64,000 nt of DNA from NCBI GenBank assembly GCA_049997795.1, contig JBEKVT010000001.1:101067-165066 (forward strand), given 5' to 3'. The position numbers and the translations under genes are program-made. Source of the DNA: Minisyncoccia bacterium. Lineage in GTDB: Bacteria; Patescibacteriota; Minisyncoccia; Phycocordibacterales; PALSA-1337. Shown one piece after another: positions 57,437 through 64,000 of the stretch (positions are counted from its first letter, which is position 1; every line of letters begins with the position of its first letter). The notes under the pieces were generated by a model that worked only from the letters and a program-made list of their open reading frames with translations, searched no databases and was not told the origin of the DNA.

Positions 57437-57682
57437 CTAGTTTCCGGAGTGCGGGCCTGAATCTTGTTCAAGAGCCTTGAATTCGATCTCTTCCTGCGTG
57501 ATCTCGATCCAGAGCTGACGGGCCGCCGGGATCTTGCCGCAGACATCGTCCGGGCACGCCTTAAGCGGTGCGCCGGACATGATATTGGCAATGGTTTCTC
57601 CGTCGAGATTCCGAACCATCTCGCTGAGACGGGCGCGTTTCTCGCCCAGCGTTTCGCCGCCGATGACTGTGGAAGCTTGCAT
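57437..57682 (-). CDS. Hypothetical protein
   Basis: AGGAGG SD; downstream hairpin. Confidence 0.5.
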   Translation of the reverse strand: MQASTVIGGETLGEKRARLSEMVRNLDGETIANIMSGAPLKACPDDVCGKIPAARQLWIEITQEEIEFKALEQDSGPHSGN

Positions 57683-57736
57683 GATAGTTGCCCTCCTGTC
57701 TTTTGAATGTTGAGAACGTGGTTACCGCCCAAGATA

Positions 57737-59164
57737 CTAGTCCCGAGATATTGCCATGTCAATACGACCGCGCTTGATTCTTCCCCGCCAAAAGAAGGCG
57801 CCGACGAACGCGGCGTAAAAAGCCGCCACCCACCAGATCGAGAATGGAGGAAAGTGGGCTGCGGCGAACGGCAACCGAGCGGAATGCTCAACGGTGAAAA
57901 GCTCGTATGAGAGGAGGGTGTGGGCACCCCAGCCGACAACTACGGAGACGGCGTATGAGACGAAGCCGGCGACGCCGGTCAGAAAGACGAGGAGCATCGT
58001 CGCCGGGATGAACGGCAGGATCAGGATGTTGACCGCCACGCCGATGATCGAGATCTGCCCCATCATATATAGAATGTAGGGCGAGACGAAGATCTGGGTG
58101 GCTAGACACGAAGCGACCGTGCCACGCATGCCGAACTTCTCGGGGATGAACCGGAGGTGCTCTTCGATGGGCGAGGCCAGAAGGACGAGGCCGACGGTGG
58201 CCAGAAAAGACAGCTGGAACGACGGGTCGTGCATCAATATGAGCGGATTGGCTATGAGCATGATGAGAGCGGCGAAAGCCAGAGCGCGATGGACGCTGTA
58301 ATCCCGGCGGATGAGGTCGGCTATCAAGGCGATACCGGCCATGAAGCAAGAGCGGACGACCGTGGCCCCGCCGCCCACAAGGATGCCGAAGAGGGCGATG
58401 CCTATGCCGCCCACGACTATGCCCCAGACTCTGGGCAAGAACGAGAGGGTGCGCCGGAGGGCCACCGCCACGATGGTGGTGTTGAAACCCGACAGGACGA
58501 CAATGTGGATCAGGCCGACCGTCCGGAAGTCGTTGAGAAGGCTTGCGCCGAGCGCGCTCTTCTCCCCCACTACCAAGCCGGCGGCCAGGGCGGCATGCGG
58601 CTCGCCGAGGACTCGCTCTAGATTGGCCACGAATCCGCGCTTCAGGGAGAAAAGACTGGAATTTGTGCCGTCGGCCAATGATCCAAGCGACCCGAGAATC
58701 GATCTTTGCTTAAAATCTTCGATCGTGCTCGTGCTCAACGAGACAACGGCGCTTTTCATCTCGTAATAGACGCCGTCTTTGGCCAGGTATCCCTTGTAAT
58801 CGAAGGTGCGGCCGCTGTCGCCTGAAAAATTGAACGGTTTTGACAGTTTCCCTGTGAATATGACACGGTCACCATAGGAAAAACGTGGATACGGTTTGGT
58901 TTTCACTCTGACCAAGATGTCGGCGGCGCACAGGATGGCTCTGCTCGAGCTCGCGGTCGGGACGACGAAGACCTTCTCGGCAGATATGATAAATACTTGC
59001 CCTGTTTCTTTGCGTTCCGGGTCTTCGGTTACCGTGCCGACGCCGCGATCGACGTGCTTGAGGCAGTCGTAAGCGTCTGGTGGACGCGACGAGAGCGACG
59101 CAGCCACGCGGAAGATCGCCGCGGCGACGAATATGCCCCAGAAGATGAAAACGCGCCCTTTCAC
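57737..59164 (-). CDS. comEC: ComEC/Rec2 competence membrane domain protein
   Basis: FDYKGYL, GLIHIVVLSGFN, SFQLSFLAT. Confidence 0.92.
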   Translation of the reverse strand: MKGRVFIFWGIFVAAAIFRVAASLSSRPPDAYDCLKHVDRGVGTVTEDPERKETGQVFIISAEKVFVVPTASSSRAILCAADILVRVKTKPYPRFSYGDRVIFTGKLSKPFNFSGDSGRTFDYKGYLAKDGVYYEMKSAVVSLSTSTIEDFKQRSILGSLGSLADGTNSSLFSLKRGFVANLERVLGEPHAALAAGLVVGEKSALGASLLNDFRTVGLIHIVVLSGFNTTIVAVALRRTLSFLPRVWGIVVGGIGIALFGILVGGGATVVRSCFMAGIALIADLIRRDYSVHRALAFAALIMLIANPLILMHDPSFQLSFLATVGLVLLASPIEEHLRFIPEKFGMRGTVASCLATQIFVSPYILYMMGQISIIGVAVNILILPFIPATMLLVFLTGVAGFVSYAVSVVVGWGAHTLLSYELFTVEHSARLPFAAAHFPPFSIWWVAAFYAAFVGAFFWRGRIKRGRIDMAISRD

Positions 59165-59260
59165 GGGCGCATCTTACAGTCCGAAGGTTAAATTTCCGTT
59201 CAAAAAAGCCTCAAATCCTGGTGAATTTTTATTCAAAATCCGATGAAGAGGCTCTCTCCA

Positions 59261-59980
59261 TCAAAACGTCCCGAATTCCTCGATTATCCTGCTTTCATCC
59301 GCGGCGTCAGTCGATTTTTTGTACTTGGCGCCGGCTACACTCTTCACTCTTTTCTCGCACTCTTCCCAGGTGTGATGGACTTCGATGACGCCGTCGACCA
59401 TACTGACATAGGAATATGCCTTGGCGCGGGAATGCGACGCTTCCGATCTCTTCGCAGTTAACTTTGATTTGTCGCCCGAGACATCCAGGATGTCTGGCAA
59501 GTCGTATCCGGCGAGCGGGCCTCTATAAAGCTTCACCTTCATGCCGTCGGCGAAGGCTGTGGCTATATGATCGCACCTCTCGTTTCCCAGAACGCCGACG
59601 TGTCCGCCGACGCGTCGCCAATCTATCTCGCGGGCCTCGGCCAAGCCGTCCAGTTCCTCCCATAGATCCCGGTTGAGGACGTCTTTCTTTGCCTTCGTCT
59701 TCCATTTGCCTTTCTTCCAGACCTTTATCCATTTGGTTATGCCGTTCATGACGTAAGAAGAGTCTGTATGGAGCGCGACCTTCGAGCCTTTCGGCGTCTT
59801 TTTGAGCGCCTTGATGGCCGCCGTCAATTCCATGACGTTATTGGTGGTCTCTTTCGCGCCTCCGCCAAGCTCGACAACCTTGTTTCCGTCAGCCACCAAG
59901 ACCGCCCCCCAGCCGCCGGGTCCGGGGTTGCCTCTCGAGGCGCCGTCGGTGAATATGACGATGATGGAAGGCTTGGCCAT
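59261..59980 (-). CDS. rnhA: Ribonuclease HI with C-terminal hybrid-binding (caulimovirus viroplasmin-like) domain
   Basis: FTDGASRGNPGPGGW, TTNNVMEL, TDSSY, GNERCD; C-terminal TWEECEKRV. Confidence 0.93.
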   Translation of the reverse strand: MAKPSIIVIFTDGASRGNPGPGGWGAVLVADGNKVVELGGGAKETTNNVMELTAAIKALKKTPKGSKVALHTDSSYVMNGITKWIKVWKKGKWKTKAKKDVLNRDLWEELDGLAEAREIDWRRVGGHVGVLGNERCDHIATAFADGMKVKLYRGPLAGYDLPDILDVSGDKSKLTAKRSEASHSRAKAYSYVSMVDGVIEVHHTWEECEKRVKSVAGAKYKKSTDAADESRIIEEFGTF

Positions 59981-59982
59981 AT

Positions 59983-61719
59983 TCAAGATTTTATCACGTC
60001 GACGACGCGCAGTCGCAGCTCGGGCGTATTCCGGAACATGGATTTCTCCAATGAAGCCACCAGATCAAGCGTTTTTCCGGCCTGAAGGGCAGGAGCCCAA
60101 TCGTTCGTGACACCGAAGAACGATATCGCGGAGATCTTTCCGCCGTTCTCTTTATCGAAGACCAGCTCTATGTGCTCGCTTCCCTTCCCGAAGCGGCGCA
60201 CTGACGTCGGCGACACCTTTTTGAATAGAAAAACTGGCTTCGGATTGCCGATGCCGAATGGAGCGAGCCTCGAGATATCGTCATACAGGCGCGAATCGAT
60301 GTCTTCCAGGGACAGCTCGGCGTCAATCATGTCATCCTCGCCGCCGGCCGGCCCATTTGCTTCTCCAGAATCGGAACTCAGTCGTTTTGCGCCCTCATTC
60401 AGGCGCTGTTCAAGATAATGGACGGCCTCGTCATTCACGGTGAATCCCCCGGAATGCCTGTGGCCGCCGAATTCCGTCAGGACGCCCGGCGCGACCGCTC
60501 TCATTAGCTCGACGACGTGAGTCTTCCCTTCCGATCTGCATGAGCCCTTGAAACGCGAGTCGCCGTCGCGGCCCCAGAGGAAGACCGGCCGATGGAATTC
60601 TTCGACGCACGAGTTCGCCGCAAGGCCGAGGAGCGAGGGGCGCCAAGCCGGATTGCCGAGGACGATGACCGAGGGCATGTCGGTGCCGTGGCGGCTCCGG
60701 ACAGTCTTTTTGACTTCCTTGACGAGCGAGGCCACCACGCCCTTGCGTTCGTCGTTCACGCGGTCCAAGCGCTCCGCCCGTAGGGCCGCGTCAGCGTCGT
60801 TATCGGCGATCAGGAGATCATATGCGTCCATCGGCACGCCCATTCGGGAGGCGGCGTTTATCCTGGGCGTGATCATGAAAGTGATATCGTCTTCGGTCAC
60901 ATATCCCTGCGGCATCCTCAATCTCGAGAACAATTGCTTCAAGCCTTTCCGCTGGCTTTTGCGCATGACCGCCAAGCCGTAATGGGCGAACACCCGGTTC
61001 TCCCCGGTGAGCGGCACCATGTCGGAGAGCGTGGCCAAGCCGACGAGATCCAGAAGCCATTTTTCCATGCCTTTCTTCAGACCGAAGCGGTCCTTGGCCA
61101 GGATCGCCTGGATCAGCTTGAAAGCCACGCCTGTGCCGCAGAGATCCTTGTCGGGGTAGGCGCAATCGGCCTGCTTGTGATCGACGATGGCGAAAGCCGG
61201 CGGCAATCCTTGCGGCGGTTCGTGGTGATCAGTGATGATCACGTCTATTCCAAGCTTATTGGCGCGCTCGACAGCCACAGTATCAGAAATACCGCAATCG
61301 ACAGTGATGACGAGCTTGGCGCCCTGCTCCGATAATGAAGCGACGGCTTCCTCATTCAAACCGAAACCTTCGTGGTGGCGGTGCGGGATGTAGATGATGA
61401 AATCCTTGAAGCCGATCCTGTTGAAGAAATCGTAGAACATGGCCGCGCCCGGGATGCCGTCGGCGTCATAATCAGCGTATATGGCGATTTTTTCGTTGTT
61501 CTTGACCGCTTTGATGATCCTGTCGGCAGCCTTGTCGGCGTCTTTCAAGAGCGACGGATCATAGGTATCGCGTTCGTAGTCTGGGTTCAAAAATCTATCG
61601 GCGGAGGTCTTGTCGGCAAGGCCGCGATGAAATAAAAGATGTGCGAGTAGGTCTGAATGCCCGGTTAAGGCATCCTTTTCGTGGGCGGTGAGCGTTCGGC
61701 GCTTGGCGTATGCGGGCAT
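59983..61719 (-). CDS. recJ: ssDNA exonuclease RecJ
   Basis: DYDADG, TDHH, PRINAASR, FGGH, PFGIGNPKP. Confidence 0.96.
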   Translation of the reverse strand: MPAYAKRRTLTAHEKDALTGHSDLLAHLLFHRGLADKTSADRFLNPDYERDTYDPSLLKDADKAADRIIKAVKNNEKIAIYADYDADGIPGAAMFYDFFNRIGFKDFIIYIPHRHHEGFGLNEEAVASLSEQGAKLVITVDCGISDTVAVERANKLGIDVIITDHHEPPQGLPPAFAIVDHKQADCAYPDKDLCGTGVAFKLIQAILAKDRFGLKKGMEKWLLDLVGLATLSDMVPLTGENRVFAHYGLAVMRKSQRKGLKQLFSRLRMPQGYVTEDDITFMITPRINAASRMGVPMDAYDLLIADNDADAALRAERLDRVNDERKGVVASLVKEVKKTVRSRHGTDMPSVIVLGNPAWRPSLLGLAANSCVEEFHRPVFLWGRDGDSRFKGSCRSEGKTHVVELMRAVAPGVLTEFGGHRHSGGFTVNDEAVHYLEQRLNEGAKRLSSDSGEANGPAGGEDDMIDAELSLEDIDSRLYDDISRLAPFGIGNPKPVFLFKKVSPTSVRRFGKGSEHIELVFDKENGGKISAISFFGVTNDWAPALQAGKTLDLVASLEKSMFRNTPELRLRVVDVIKS

Positions 61720-61921
61720 TGTGTCGATTATATCACGCTCATCCTAGGACTATCTGACGGACTGACACAGTATTTGACCGACAGCCAGGTACATGGTAAG
61801 TTCTCTCCCGGTCTAAAAGTACAAACGGCTGGCGTTCCGCCGGCCAAGAAAGGAATCTCTGAAAACAACGAATGGAGCGAAGGTCCATCCTCTGGACCTT
61901 AAAGAGGACGATCGGATAACC

Positions 61922-62269
61922 GTGGTCAAGAAGACGGTCGCCAAGGAATGTTCTGTGGATCTTGTCTGTTTCTTCCAAGAGAAGCGGGGCAAGGAAAGCA
62001 TAAGCTGGGCGCGTCAGCTCGCCATGTATCTTTGTCTGGAGTTCAAGCTCGGTTCGCAGGAGGAGGTCGCCGAGAGATTCGGGCGAAATCGCACGAACCT
62101 CGTCTATGTCCAGAAGATCATCGCCACACAGCTCGAGATGTTCGACTTGAAGTCCAGGCTGCGGAACGAACAGCTATTCAAATGCCGCAGGCTGATCCAG
62201 GAACATCCGGTCTTCGAGTACGCGAGGTTGTCTCCGCCTCAGCTGATTTCCCAGCCCGTTTCCGCCTGA
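61922..62269 (+). CDS. Stand-alone DnaA domain IV-like helix-turn-helix protein
   Basis: ARQLAMYL...VAERFGRNRT resembles DnaA C-terminal motif; GAGG SD. Confidence 0.65.
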   Translation: MVKKTVAKECSVDLVCFFQEKRGKESISWARQLAMYLCLEFKLGSQEEVAERFGRNRTNLVYVQKIIATQLEMFDLKSRLRNEQLFKCRRLIQEHPVFEYARLSPPQLISQPVSA

Positions 62270-62313
62270 GAAGTGGAACGGGCTTTTTATTTTTGTAGTA
62301 CAATAAGGACGTC

Positions 62314-62679
62314 ATGATGCCAGACTGCGTCTTTTGCAAGATGGTCAAGAGGGAAATCCCGGCTTATATCGTCTACGAGGACGAGGATTTCATGGCATTC
62401 CTCGACATCCATCCACAATCGCCCGGGCATGTTCAGGTCGTTCCCAAGAAGCATTATCGTTGGGTCTGGAACGTGCCGAACCTGGGCCAGTACTTCGAGG
62501 TGGTCGGCAAGATCGCCCGGGCGCAACAAAAGGCCTTCAGTAACGACCAGGTCCTATGCCGGATCGTCGGTGAGGAAGCAGAACATGCTCATATCTGGAT
62601 CTATCCCAGCTACAAGGCTAAGGGAGACAAGATGGATTTCGAGTGGAATGCGAAGAAGATCATAGAGAAGCTACGATAG
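62314..62679 (+). CDS. HIT family protein
   Basis: CVFCK, AFLDIHP..PGH..VVPKKH, HAHIW. Confidence 0.9.
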   Translation: MMPDCVFCKMVKREIPAYIVYEDEDFMAFLDIHPQSPGHVQVVPKKHYRWVWNVPNLGQYFEVVGKIARAQQKAFSNDQVLCRIVGEEAEHAHIWIYPSYKAKGDKMDFEWNAKKIIEKLR

Positions 62680-63792
62680 CGCTTCTATCCCCGGCAGAGT
62701 GCCTGTAGCCAGGAAGTCGAGCATGGCTCCGCCGCCGGTCGAGATGAAGGTGAACTTGTCCGCCACGCCGAGAGTATCGATGGCCGCCAAGGTGTCGCCG
62801 CCGCCGACTATGGTTGTGGCGCCTCGAGCCGTGGTATCGCCGATCATTTTGGCCAACTCGAGAGTCGGCCCTTTGTAGCCGTCCTCGTATACGCCGAGCG
62901 GGCCGTTCCAGAGGATGAATCTGGCGGCATTTATTTTCTCTTGAAGCGCGGCGACTGTCTTCTCTCCCGCGTCGACTATCTTGTCGTCCGCCGACAGGGC
63001 ATTGGAGGCCCTGGTCTCGCGTTTCTCCGTGACGACATCGACCGGCAGGAGTAGTTTGGAGCTGCCCAGGAACTTTTTGAAATCGAAACCTGTTTTCGAA
63101 AGAGCGGATAGGCCTGTCTCATAGCCCTTGGCTTTGAAGAAATCGTTGGCCAGGGCCCCGCCCACGAAAATAGTATCGGCGGTATCGAAAAATCTCTCGA
63201 TGACGGGTAATTTCGTCTCGAATTTAGCCCCGCCCAAGATGAAGAGGAACGGATGGGCGGGATCGAAGGCTCGCGACAGGTTCGCTACTTCTTTCTCCAG
63301 CTGAAGGCCGGCGTAGCTCGGCAGGAATCTGGGGACGCCGACGATTGAGGCGTGCTTCCGGTGACAGACCGAGAAGGCGTCGTCGACGTATATGTCGGCG
63401 AGCGAGGCGAGATCTCTGGCGAACTTCTCGCTGTTGGCCTTCTCGCCCTCGAACTGGCGGAGATTCTCCAAGAGCATGCAGTCGCTCCCCGCCGAGCCGC
63501 TCTCGATGAGATCGCGGGCGGTCCTGATACTGCTCACGAACAGGGCGTGTAGACCGAGCTCGGCGAGGCGCCGGACGACCGGTTCGAGCGAAGGAGTCCC
63601 GCCGTCGATCGATTCCATATGGCTTGCGAGCACGATCTTCGCCCCCTTGGCCCGCAGGAAATCGACGGTCGGCATGGCAGCTTTGATGCGGGTGTCGTCT
63701 GAGACGACGCCGTCTCGCAACGGCACATTGAAATCGACGCGCAGAAAGACCTTCACGCCTTCAAAATTCCCTATGTCGCGGAGGGTTTTCAT
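62671..63792 (-). CDS. pgk: Phosphoglycerate kinase
   Basis: RVDFNVP, LLENLR, WNGPLG, GGGDT, STGGGA. Confidence 0.96.
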   Translation of the reverse strand: MKTLRDIGNFEGVKVFLRVDFNVPLRDGVVSDDTRIKAAMPTVDFLRAKGAKIVLASHMESIDGGTPSLEPVVRRLAELGLHALFVSSIRTARDLIESGSAGSDCMLLENLRQFEGEKANSEKFARDLASLADIYVDDAFSVCHRKHASIVGVPRFLPSYAGLQLEKEVANLSRAFDPAHPFLFILGGAKFETKLPVIERFFDTADTIFVGGALANDFFKAKGYETGLSALSKTGFDFKKFLGSSKLLLPVDVVTEKRETRASNALSADDKIVDAGEKTVAALQEKINAARFILWNGPLGVYEDGYKGPTLELAKMIGDTTARGATTIVGGGDTLAAIDTLGVADKFTFISTGGGAMLDFLATGTLPGIEALS

Positions 63793-63793
63793 G

Positions 63794-64000
63794 TCATCCG
63801 ACCGCATCTACCGCCTTCAGAAGCTCGATGAACCCTGGCATATTGACGCTCTCGCGGCCGACCAGGAGGCCATCCACCTTGCCGATCCTCACGATGTCCT
63901 GGGCATTCCTAAAATTCACCGCCCCGCCGTAAAGAACCCTGACCCGGAGGCCGGCCTCATGCCCGAAGATGTCGGCGAAGGCTTTCTTGACGAAGATGGA
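63794..64000 (-). CDS. tpiA: Triosephosphate isomerase, C-terminal part
   Basis: Manual translation RVLYGGAVN...VDGLLVGRES; upstream of pgk. Confidence 0.9.
   Translation of the reverse strand, partial: SIFVKKAFADIFGHEAGLRVRVLYGGAVNFRNAQDIVRIGKVDGLLVGRESVNMPGFIELLKAVDAVG

Noticed and set aside
1-64000. Additional remote VR targets of the DGR
   Set aside because: No other ORF C-terminus resembling the TR translation was seen by eye; an exhaustive alignment was not possible

Overview
GC-rich (about 60% by eye) bacterial chromosomal segment, very likely Patescibacteria/CPR (Parcubacteria-like). Evidence for that: no rpmD between rpsE and rplO, a tRNA-Ile(UAU), many leaderless genes, and pilM/comF/comEC. 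It holds most of the str-S10-spc ribosomal superoperon (minus strand), infC-rpmI-rplT, tyrS, recG, ftsH, smpB-tmRNA, recJ, rnhA, pgk and partial tpiA and pilM. The main accessory system is a complete diversity-generating retroelement (RT, Avd, TR, VR-bearing target, hairpin) sitting between rplB and rpsS. Its RT and avd genes overlap head-to-head across one C10/G10 homopolymer; losing one base would put BOTH genes in frame with an ATG, suggesting a two-gene phase-variation switch. Other notable signals: tandem integrase-less cassettes ending in copies of the tmRNA 3' end, a 6S-like ncRNA candidate, a leader-peptide attenuator, an in-frame palindromic insert in comF, a Y-shaped palindromic element between rpsJ and rplC, and an EF-Tu with a non-canonical switch I next to a low-GC Fic gene. 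All calls come from reading the sequence by eye; no searches were run.
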